Assembly: GCA_028023455.1 (NCBI GenBank)
Contig: JAQFVV010000009.1
Span: 6,634,001 to 6,698,000 of the forward strand
Length of the DNA: 64,000 nucleotides
Reading direction: 5' to 3'
Source of the DNA: Epiperipatus broadwayi
Taxonomy: Eukaryota; Animalia; Onychophora
The notes under the pieces were generated by a model. That model searched no databases and was not told where the DNA came from. It saw only the letters and a list, made by a program, of their open reading frames with translations. Numbering within the stretch: position 1 is the first letter of the stretch; the number at the start of each line of letters is the position of its first letter. Below, in pieces: positions 25,701 to 37,418 of this stretch. The translations under genes were made by a program, and so were the position numbers.

Positions 25701-28700
25701 AAATTGTGATCTGAATCTATACTATAATGGTATGGACATGAAGAAGACAGGGGATGATGAGAAAGTTTCCCCAAGAATAATCACAATCATTATAAAAGGA
25801 GCATAAGAAAATCAGCATAGGATGAAATAAGTAGTTATTATAATTATAAGTTAGAAACCTACATCATCAGCATTAAACATGAATAATCAACAGTCATCCA
25901 TTTGACTAGATTTAAAAGAGGTTAATATCAACATATAGGCTAATTATCTAGCTAATGACAAACTTAAAGCATAATATAAAGCAGTCATCTGCATGCACAT
26001 ATTTAAGTGTTAAAATATTTATCATAGTAAAAAATCCTGGGATTCTGATACATACTGATCATCATCAATGCTCTGGCCATATGGTACCATGAGTATAGGC
26101 TATTATAAACTACTTTCTAATGTGTATAAATGAAGTACAGCAAATGGACTTTGAAGATGAGCTTGACATTTGTACTATCCAGAGAACCATCTGGATATCC
26201 AAATACGAATATATACTTCCACATATATACAAATTAAACATTATTTCTCAAGAGACCCTAGGGATTGTGATTGAACAAGAGAAGATATAAATGTATATGC
26301 TTAATCTAAATTTAAATAATTTTACTGGGATCATTTAAAAATCTCTTAAAGCTCCATGTATATGCTGAAATCAAGTCAAACACACTGCCAATTCATAAAA
26401 CAGGTAGCCAGAGGAATAAAGATATTAACATTATTATTTTTAAACAATTATTTAATAAAGTAACCAATGAATAATTAATACAAAAATTCAGAAGAGATAT
26501 AATAATATGACAATTTCAATTCTAGCACATTTTCTATTTTATATAGCAAATAAGATTAACCTGTTGATACTTATTACTAAATTAATTAACATTTACTTTA
26601 ACAGAGTTATTATCCTTTCAATTATTAAAACTGAAAAACATTTTATAATTAAAGGTAAAAAATTTAAGATTAGCTAAAATTTCCATTATTCTTTTGAAAA
26701 CGGTAAGGTCTCATATACTTTTGCATTTTTGGAAGAAGAAAATAATGTTTAGAACAAAACAATTAAAAAATGTTCATTATCATTAATTGATATTTACATT
26801 AAAAATTAACATTCATAAATGATACATAAATGAAGATATGTACATCAATTACACCTTATTCAACTATGGATTTTATTCTTTTAGTCCTTTTGCAGTTAAA
26901 ATTTCAAAATCTTTTCAGGTCAGTTTTTTTTCTTGTTCAATTTAATATAATAATAATTTCCACTGTTGATTATCACCAGTTAAATTTATCCATTATTTAC
27001 ATAAAAAAATTTCCATTAATTTTCTTTTGTAGTTTCAAATTACAAAAGTTATATTTATTTATTTTACAATATAATAATTTTCAGGTTAAGAGATTTCAAG
27101 ATCAGGTTAGCATAGATTTAATTTATCCATTATACAATATAATAATTTCCATATTAATACAGATTTTTATGACAGGTTAATATAGCTAAGTATTATACAA
27201 TATACTAATTTTCATATTAACAGATTTCCAAGTCAGGTTACCACAGACTGAGACAGTCATGTTTTTGGATGGAAACAAGATTTGATGCTAGTTTCTCCCA
27301 GGGATATTCACTATTTTCTTTTAGAGAAACAGGTTACATGTTGAATTGGTGATGTTAAGGTTTTAAAGTTTAGCCATAGTTTTCTTCAACTTCATTTCAA
27401 AAATCACATTTGAAAACTAGATGATGTTAGTCTAACTTAAGACTACTACATTAACTTCTTACTGTTCTCTTAAGAACTGAGCTGCTACTATTCTCAAAAC
27501 CTGGACTAAGAATGCTACTGCTATTTTTTCAACAGCTGGACCAAGAATGTTATTACTATTTTCTTTTCAATAGCTGGCTGAAGACTGACTGCTACTAACT
27601 AGATATTGAAGTCTAATGCTTTTTAACCTTCTATCTTAATTTTAACACAGCTTCTTTTTTATCCATTCAATCACACATTCTCATAAATGGCAGTATTAAA
27701 TCCTCACCAATTGATTCTATTTTTACAAAAAGATTATTTCCCTTATTTTTTTAAATTAAAAATTTTAATCATACAACCATTGAAAAAATTCTCATTAGTT
27801 ATAATTTCTTTTTAATTATTAGAAATTGATAATCCTTTAAATTATACTTTAATTTGAAAAACATTACATTTTTTTAGAGAGAGGAAAAAAATCTATCTTA
27901 ATTGAAAACAGGATTTTTCTAAAAAAATGTTATTATCTTTTTTTTCTCTTAAAAATTGACAAACACTATTTAAAGATTTTACCTACTTATCCCTTTTTAT
28001 TATTTTTTTAAAAAGTTATAAAAATAATAGATAAATAAAATTACTGAAGAAAGAAAAAAGTATTTTTTTTTTTTATTTTTGTATACTTTTTCTCTTTTAC
28101 AATTACCCTTAACACACTATAAATATTTACATGCCTATTTAAAATGTTTGGAATTTATCATATTATCAATTAAGAAATGTAAATCTTTTAATAAGTTAAT
28201 AATTAGCCTTAAAAAAAACATGAGAAGAAAATAATACTTATTTTTCCATTATAAAATTATTTATTTTAAAAAGCTTTTAATACCTGACTTGGCCAATGTT
28301 GTTCAGTGTGTACAATATCAAATCCAGGATTGTTCCTAAATCTATTTTATATCAAAATATAAACTGAGATTAATAGCTTTACATTGATAAAATAATTGTC
28401 ATGATTTTTTAACTATGTTTTCATTATTATCATGCTATTTTTATTTTACAAACATCAATTTTTCTCCTCTGTCATTTTTTATCCTTAATCTCTTTTTCTA
28501 ATCACTCTTTCATTACTATTATTATACAATTATTTTTGTATTTTTAATTTTTTAAACATGATCACTGGCCACCATCATATTTTATGGAGTCATTTTTTAG
28601 GTCTGACCATCAACAACTATTTATTAATTATAGGTGTTATTTGTAAAGTTTTCTTGCTTTTGATTTTATATTAACACCTACACTGTTATGTTTATTACTA

Positions 28701-29180
28701 TTTTTAATAACATTCATTTTATTGTGATACATATTAACTGTCTCTCAGAAGCAAAATATTTAGCCTTTCTTTTTTTTTCAGATCTGGCAATATAACATTC
28801 TTATGGATTTAATATAGATATTTATAACTGGATATCAAAATCTTCAAAAGAATGCTGCAATTATCTATTTGCTTTTTCTGCTATGTCATTTATATTTTCA
28901 AATCCATGTCTATAACTAATATTCAGGGACTTTTTTATTTTTACTTTTAATCTGTCTTCTGCTTATAATATAATGTTTTTCAAAATTAACTATATTCCAC
29001 TAGATAAGCATTTGAACAGTCTTAAGTCTAAACTCACCAATTCACAAACATTTGTAAAAGAAAAAAATATATTTGATATTGCTTAACTACTTAACAATTA
29101 TACTTAATTAATTCAACAAGTTTTTAAAAAAAAGAGTAAATTTCAAAGAAAAAAATCTAAATAATAACTTTAACAAGTCT

Positions 29181-29480
29181 TACTTTTATATTTACAAAGT
29201 CTCAGCATGATGCTTAGCATATCCATCTGCCCTGATCATGTTTCAGAGTTTGAATCTTATAAATATTACTTTTATATTTACAAAGTCTCAGCATGGTGCT
29301 TAGCATATCCATCTGCCCTGATCATGTTTCAGAGTTTGAATTTGATTGATTTAAAACTTGGAAATTTTTTCAGGTAATCAACTCAATTAGCCATGAATTT
29401 TAATTTATAAATCAGTATGTTACTATTATTATTTAGAAGGTAAAATAAGGGTGGGAAATGCTCATATCTTCAATACCTAA
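29181..29480 (+). mobile_element. tRNA-derived SINE with tandemly duplicated head (86-bp period)
   Basis: tacttttatatttacaaagtctcagcat...gagtttgaat at 29181 and 29267; body resembles the SINEs at 34.4-34.7 kb and 53.4 kb. Confidence 0.55.
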
Positions 29481-29962
29481 CTTCTCTATGGGTAATTGTT
29501 TAAAATGTTTTTGCTCTCTATTTGTCTAAATATCAATATGTGTAATTGTATTTGCATTTGTAGTTTGAAATAACATTTTATAATAGTATGTATAATATAC
29601 AAATTGAAGGATGCATCCTTAAGTCTTGAAGTCTGATTATTAAATGATTTTAATTATAATATAGATTTGTTTAAAAAAATATTCCTTACATTGTTCAAAA
29701 TATCATTATCATCATATAAGAGAATACCTTTGCTGGATTTAAAAGGGTTGTGATATTATTTTTTCAAGTCATTGGTTGCTTTCAATGCATCAAAAAAAGA
29801 TCTAGATTGACCACAGAAGTGAATGTTTATTTCCTCTGCAATTTTAATTCACCAATTGGTTTTAAACCTTATTTTCAGTTATTGAACTTTTGCCTTTAGA
29901 TCTCATATTTGTTATGAAGCTCCACATTTAATTTATTATTTGTCCAAACAGAAAATGCTGAA

Positions 29963-32150
29963 TTTTTTTTTTTTCTCGGTGATGAGATGTTTATTCATCA
30001 AGAAAAAAAACAGATACAGTGAAACAAATAAAATTTCAGGTACAAAATGGGAAGAGGAGATGATACATGTAAATGGGAAGTGGAGAGGGGAAATGGTGTG
30101 TAGTTCCGGCTGGTTAGAAGAGCATGTCTTTGTGATTGAGTCCTATGGCAGAGGCTGAAGATGGGAGTTGGAGGATTGACCAAGTGTCTGTGAGGAGTGG
30201 AGGTGGGGCTAGTTTTGTGTCTCGGGTTTTGAGAGTGCGAATTAGGTCCAAGAGCTTTTGATTTACTGAATGTACTCTCTGGTCATGGATGATGGCACAT
30301 TGGAGCAACCAGAGAGCATAGATGAGAAAAATTGACAGTCTAATAACTGCAAAGACCCTTGTTTCTATGGATTCTTGGAGGTTGAAGATGGTATTTCTGT
30401 GCGAGGGAAGGTAGGAGTTGATGACATTTCTCATGCCAAGCAGAAAAGGACATTTAAGTAGGAAGTGCTGGATGGTTTCATTGTCAGATCTTGGTGAAAC
30501 CCCTACGGTTCACCAAAAATTGATTCGTGGGAAGGGAGTGAAGATTTATTATGAGGAGAAAATCAAGGAATTTTGGTTCAAGGGACCACCTTTTAAATTT
30601 GCGGATTAGTTGGCCATTGGTAAGTCTGAGGAAGGTAGGGGACACAATGGAGAAGTCTGCGGTCTGGTTGAAAACCTCCCAATACTTTAGTTTGCTGTTG
30701 ATGGATGGTATAGCAAAGCCAGCTTTTTGTAGGATGTTGGCAATGAGTGAGGCCTATGACCTAGGCCTGCCATTGGGAGGAGGAGTGTCAGTGGGTGTGA
30801 TAATGATATGCACAAGATTGGCAGGGAAGTGACTTAGGAGTGTGGGGATAATGTTGTGAGATTTCTGGATCAGAAGAGTGTCGATGGAGTGCAAGCCCAA
30901 CCCATTGAGGTTTTTAGGAAAACAAGTTCTTTTTAGGCTAATGGCCACCACCTTTCTTCCCCAGAGAAAACGGGTGCAAAGGGAGTTGATTTTGGATATA
31001 AAGGAATGTGTAGGTAGAACCATGGAGAGGTAGTATGCTATTTTAGGAAACATTAGAAGATTGGGGAGGGTGACTTTTCCATAAAGGGATAGGTAGATGC
31101 CTGTGATAGCATTGAGGGTGGATGATATGCTTTGATAGAGTGTGGTTTGGACCTGAACTCTCATGTCCCTAGGAGGCAGCATGAGGGGGAATCCGAGGAA
31201 GTTGTGTGGCTTGGCATTGAAGGTGGAAGGGATTTGTTTACCAGTTGAAAGTTGCCAGGCTGCTGATTTGTCACTGCTAAATTTCAACCGGTATGTATTG
31301 GAGTACCAGATGAGGATCTCTTGAAGCCTGGGAATGAGATCAATTGAGGGAAGGAAGACAACCACATCATCTACATAAGCAAGGCGTTTGATGCTTTTTT
31401 TCAGTGCAGAAATGAAGATGCCAGGGAGGTCATGTTCTAGCCTGAGCAAATGGGGATTCAGAAATGCAGTGAACAACAAAGTGCTCAATGGAGAGCCCTG
31501 AGGGATGGATATGTTGGATGAAAGCCAGGGGCAATTTTCCCATCCAGGCTAACTAGGATTTCTCTGTTGGACAGGAGATTGTGGAGGATGGACAGAATGG
31601 ACTCTGGGATATTCAGGTTTCTGAGGACACCAAGGAGCAGGTCGACCCTAACAGAGTCAAAGGCTGCTTGGATATCTAGTTGGACAGTGATGGGCCTGCT
31701 ATTTCGAGACCGCCTAACATGCTCAGTGGTTATTTTAAAAAGTGTGGCAGCCCCAAGTGTGGAGTGCCCTTTACAAGAAAACTGTGAGGCAGAAAGGGCA
31801 GGAAGTATAGATTGTTCTAGTGACTCTTTAATGGTAGACTCAATCAGTTTTATGAGCAGAGGGGTCATCGAAATGGGCCTAAAACTCTTAAGCTCAGTAG
31901 ATAGCCGATCTTTCTTAAGGAAAGGGACTAATGTTACCGGATAGAGACCCTCGATGATGTAAGCACCTAAGGCCAGCTTGTTGATCATGTTGAGAGTAAG
32001 GGGGATGGTGAACTGACTTAGGTGGAGAAGAAGAAACTTGGGGATAGCATGAGAACCAGGGTGGACATGGTCAGGATCACTAATAATATGATGATTGGCA
32101 GAAAACCAATCCTGATTGTTCTTTTTAGTGAAACTAGGATTAATTGTTAT
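29963..32150 (-). mobile_element. L1/Tx1-like LINE, 5'-truncated, frameshifted, with poly(A)
   Basis: FRPISMTPLL, LDIQAAFDSV, LAYVDDVVV, LSLYGKVTL, FLWGRK; AATAAA then A12 at 29963-29974 (minus strand). Confidence 0.9.
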
Positions 32151-32229
32151 CTATAATACATTCCCTAAAAGAATTCCATGCCTCAGCAATATGACAATTC
32201 TGAAAGTCCAGATTAGCAATTTTTGTGTT

Positions 32230-32720
32230 TAATAACTATTGAAAGTTAATATTTATAGTAGATTGCTTTAAAGAATGTACCTTGATTTTGTTTTGAATGT
32301 GATTGAAATAATATTTATTTTTTAATGCAATTATTTTAATCTTAAGGCTTACTAATTTATGATCTGTCCAGCAATCTGTGTTTATAAATGATTGCATAAT
32401 GTGAACTCTTGTATTCTGATTCCTAAGTATAATGTAATTATTAATTACCATTGTTTTGAGAATGGTTGCATGTTCTGATATAATGATTTTTCAGTCTAAG
32501 CAAAGTGCTTGTGATAAGTTAATCTATGTGTTGCGTAGACCATTTGAATTTTATAGTCCCAATACTATTGTTTCCAACAACCTTTAGCCAAAGTCTTTTA
32601 TTTGTACTAACATGTGCATTAAAGTATCCAAGAAGGAAAAATTGATATTGCTGTAATAATGCTATCAAGCAAAGTATAAAATCGTTTTTACTTGTTAGTT
32701 TTCTGAATCTTAATGTTGCA
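32230..32720 (-). mobile_element. RTE-like AP-endonuclease remnant
   Basis: LLGYFNAHV (GDFNAHV-like) and NTDCWTDHKLV. Confidence 0.6.
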
Positions 32721-32909
32721 CCTTATATACCAATAAAATGATCATTGTACTTTTTTCTAGGTAAGTTTTAACACCATTAGCCATTTAATTGATATACATC
32801 AAGGAATTCCAAGAATAAATATACATAAGCATAAATGCATTGATATATATTAGAAAGGATCCTATTTAAAGAATTATTGAGTTTGGTCACTCAGTGGGTA
32901 AGAAATAGT

Positions 32910-33375
32910 TTTAGTTTAGGTAGGTAAGTAGATAGTTTAGGTAGGTGGGGTAGGGGGTAAATAGGTGGATGGGTAGGGGAGTGGGTGGCAGGTAGATAAG
33001 GGTGGATAGGTAGGTAGTGGGATGGGTAGATATGGAGTGTAAGTAGGTAGGGGATAGGTAGATAAGTAGGTGGGGAGTGGGTAGGTAGGTAGGATAGATA
33101 GTTAAGTAGGTGGATAGGTAAGTAGGTGGTAGATGGGTAGGTAAGGGGATAGGAAGTAAGTAAATAGCAGGGATAGGTAGGTGAGTGTGTTGGTAGGTAG
33201 GGAGTAGGTGGGCAGATAAGTAGGTGAGTAGGTAGGGATAGGTATGTAAGGGTAGGGGTATGAATATATGGGTGGGTAGGTAGGTAGGGGGATAGATAGG
33301 TAGGTGAGTAGGTAGTTAGGGGATAGGTGGGTGGGTAGATAGGTGAGTGGCTAGGTAGAGAATAGTTAGGTAGTT
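32910..33375 (+). repeat. Degenerate (GGTA)n G/purine-rich simple repeat
   Basis: ggtaggtagg, gggtggg and gggatagg units over ~460 bp. Confidence 0.95.
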
Positions 33376-34439
33376 TAAAAGGATGAATAGTACATAAGTA
33401 GACAAGTTGTATGCTGATGAATAGATGGAAGAATGGATGATTGCAGATGAGTTAGGATGTAAATATATGTAATGTTTTGAATGTGACTCATGAAATCATA
33501 ATTTTTTGCATCTTAAAAATTAGTTGTGATAGTAAATTAAATGGATAAAAATATTTATTAATAAAAATACAAAATAATGATTTTTGTTAACTTAATATAT
33601 GTGCAAAACTAGATAATTTAATTTCTTATAGTCTTTTTGTTACTTAAATTATTAGAGATGTTTCAACTATTTTAAATCATTATCATTCTATAAAAAATGT
33701 TATGGAGAAAGTATACAGTGTAAAAATGTTTAAATTCTTTTAAAAAGGAACAAATTCATAAATATAAGGGCATTCCCTTCTTATTCATATACAAATATAA
33801 TTATTATTATTCTTTTTTTTTATTCTAAAAATGGTTATTTACAGCAGTTGAAATGATCTCTTTCAAAGTAATAATAAAAAAAATCATTATTGAAAATGAG
33901 ATTTTCCAGTTTTACTCTATTGAATGTATATTATACAATTTATTTTTAGGATACATATATAGTATTACTTGTTTAATTTGTAATCAAGAAAGAGAAAATA
34001 TTTTGAACTTATAATAGTAATTTTAATTACTCAATAATTTCTTCTTTTTTTTTTAGAATGAATCTTTATATATATATTTTTTATTGTATTTAATATTGTA
34101 TTATTTGCATTTATCTTTTTTTTTAATTCTATTTCAATAATAATTCATCCTGTAAATAGCAATGAATTTATTGAATATACCATCTTTATCATTTTGGTAG
34201 AACTTTAAATGTTTTTCAATATAAATATTAACAACAATAATTTGGATTTTTATTGTTTATTTTATTTTTCAGTTATTAAATATATTTTAGATCATCAATG
34301 CTTGTCTCAATAAGAATTCATTAGTTTGTTTATTTGTTTCATGATCTAGTTGATAAAAGTGAAACAAGTCTTTAAATAGGACAAAAATTTTCCAACAATG
34401 AAAGAGGAAGAGTGAATGAAAAGCTGTCACTCATCATAT

Positions 34440-34661
34440 AGGCTTACAACTGCTATATAGTGAAGGTTTGAGCAGTTTTTCACCTTTGTTTTATTCTCCA
34501 GTTAAGAATTGTTAGTTATCCATTTATGGGCTATCTCCCTTCAAGAAAAATTGTAAGTCTGATTAAGAACTGAAACAATTTTCAAGCTTTTCTGACACAG
34601 ATTCAAATCTAAGTCATGGTCATCGCAATCTAGATGTTCTACCATTGCACTACAAAGCTCC
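34440..34661 (-). mobile_element. tRNA-derived SINE
   Basis: Minus strand ggagctttgtagtgcaatggtagaac (A box-like) ... gatttgaatct (B box-like); body shared with the 53.4 kb copy. Confidence 0.65.
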
Positions 34662-35706
34662 TTAGTAATAACATGAGTTGTACTTAAGAGAGTTTATGCC
34701 GAAAGCGAAGTTGAAAACAAGTCATTCTTATTGACATTATTAATGTTTTATTGTTTTAAGGTAGTTTTAAAAACTAAGATGACCATTTATTCTCAATTGT
34801 AGATGAGATCAAATGATTTTTATTCTCCAAATTTTTTATATTGATTTGTATATCAAAATTCTCATTTTTAACTTTGTTTTTCTTACTTTATAAATACAGT
34901 AGTACTATAATTGGAAATTTTTACTTGTAAATTTTTTATAATGACTTCCTTTAGATTTAGTTGACAATTTTAAATTTGTTGGTGTACAATAAATATAATG
35001 ATATAGATTTATTAAAATGGAAGAAAAGATTCATAAAGTTAAAAGAACATTTTGTTTGAAAATCTTGAATGAAACTTAACAAAACAAATCTACTCAAAGC
35101 AAATTATCATATGAAAACAAAATTAACCAACATTGCAATTAAAATTTTGAGGAAATAGTTAAAAAATAATAAATACAATTCAAGAAAATAAAATGACAGT
35201 AATGTATTTAATTTAATCAAAGATAGTTAAATCCTAGAGCAGAGATAAAATGGTGGATTCTGAAGCTCAAAGTTCATTGATTCCAATTCTGTTGCTTCCA
35301 ATACTTGAACTTCTTATGAACTCCCAAGCAATAAATCATTTAATTATTTTTATTTAAAGATGGTTAAAAATCTTAAAAAGTAATTTAATTAAAAAAATGA
35401 AATTATTCTGTTTAAATTAAGAAAAGCTATAAGTATTTTGTATAACTTTACTCTTTATTTTATACCCAGTATATATTTGATAAAGTGAAAAATTTTTTGT
35501 ATTGCTAAAAAAAAATTATATATATATTCAAAATTATACGAACTTTTACATTACAGCATTTTAAAATTATTTAAAATAGATAGTACTAAATTTTTAACCT
35601 AAATATCAAAAATATTTAAACTTCAAATTAAACAATACTTCTAATACTTTATATTAAAATTAAATAAGTTATACTGTATATATGCTTTTGTATGTATTTT
35701 TTTTAG

Positions 35707-35783
35707 GTGACTTTACAACTTATAAAAATCTACATCCTGACGAAGTCAATTTCATTTTCCAAGAGATGTTAAACTCAGATGAG
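35707..35783 (+). CDS. Candidate host exon, product unknown
   Basis: ttttttttag|GT ... GAG|gtaaaa; open (G)DFTTYKNLHPDEVNFIFQEMLNSDE. Confidence 0.4.
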
Positions 35784-36636
35784 GTAAAACACAGTACTAT
35801 AACATATACTGTAGTAGTTTTATTTGTAAGCATATTGAATTTGAATTTTACACAATTTTATATTTCTAAAATAATATCCTATTATTAAAGAAAAATATTC
35901 TGTAATATTGCATAAAAATGAATAAAAAAAATTAATAAATACTGATTATTTGAGCTGTTAGCTTATAACTTACTTAAATCATTTAATAATCTATGAATAC
36001 TAATGCTTATCAATAAATTTCTAATAAATAATTCTGTTAATTATTGCAGCTTATTCAATGATTTTGTAGTTGGAACAAACCTTTCATGCAATTCATTTAT
36101 TAAAATATTATAAGTTAATAAATTCAGTCAGCCCAACCCTTTTTATATATATATGCTATGGTGTGAAAAACTAAAAGCTAATGAAAATAATTGTGACAAA
36201 AGATATTGTGAAAATAGTAAAATTTACTGTTGTTCTTTCTTTATTATTATTATTATTAATCTAATTTTCATACACTATTTAGTATTGATTTAATATACAG
36301 TTTTAAGTATGATTTTGAATTTAAGAATTTTTTAACATATGATAATTGATATTACAGTTTGACCAAGTTTACATATGGGCATGATGCAGTGTAATAATTT
36401 TAAATAGTACAGTATTCAAAGAAAAATATGAAGATGTGTATTTAAAAGGAATATAAGAACAGTCAAATGAAACTTTATAGAGAGAAATTAAATGATAATT
36501 ATTTTGCACGAGAAAGGTAAAAAATAAAGATGTCTGAGAAAATTCAGTTCATATGTAACAAATAGAGTAATGAAAATAATTGATGATTGGATAAATAAAA
36601 AAGAACATTAAACAGGTTGTGTAACATAAATAATAA

Positions 36637-36957
36637 AACATCACATGATCACCACTCTTTATGCTTACACAAACTATTTTTCATAGAGGCAAAACTCTCC
36701 ATATAATAGTGCCACTCAGTGCAAACCAGAGTAATCAATGGATGCAGGAATGTTTGTGCATAAAATTCCTTAGTTCTAGATGCAGTGCTCTCAAATTCAT
36801 GGCTCCTCACTGATGAAAGCCACTAGCTAGAAACTAGTCTGGAAATATTGGATTAGTAGGTACTAGATAGGGATTTTATGCACAAACCTTCCTGCATCCA
36901 TTGATTACTCTGGCTTGCGCTGAGTTGTGCTACTGTATGGAGAGTTTTGCCTCTGTG
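36637..36957. mobile_element. Retrozyme-like family A, locus 2 (inverted ~135 bp plus direct ~185 bp)
   Basis: Homologous to 8.6-9.9 kb; 11-bp TSD ATAAATAATAA at 36626-36636 and 36958-36968. Confidence 0.88.
36804..36845 (+). ncRNA. Family A hammerhead with intact core
   Basis: UCCUCA CUGAUGA AAGC cacua GCUA GAAAC UA GUC UGGAAA; outer stem I damaged. Confidence 0.8.
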
Positions 36958-37418
36958 ATAAATAATAACATATACATATAAATTAACTTATTAGTATTGT
37001 ATCAGTTGGATTTGTATGTTCATCCAACAAGACCTAGAATCTGAGCAAAAGTACCTCGAATCCAGTCACGCTCGAGATACACAGGTTAGGAGAAATCATG
37101 GATTCTAACCTATTTGTCCATTCCCCAAATCTTTCTCACTAGCGGAGAAACATGAGATCTTAAGAATATCAATAGCTAACTAACATGACCAAAAAGGAAT
37201 GTTAAGGTTAAAAGATAATGAAGTTATTGACTAATGGAGTGAAAGGATGCATAATTTCAAATACGATAGATCTAATGGTAATGAGTATGATCTCAGGAAA
37301 CCCAGCATAATAACTTCTCAAATGTGAAATACTTTAAGCAAAACTAAGAATTTAATTAATAATGATTCGAACTAGGAGATAATTTGATATATAAATATTT
37401 AGTAATTGTAAGATAACA

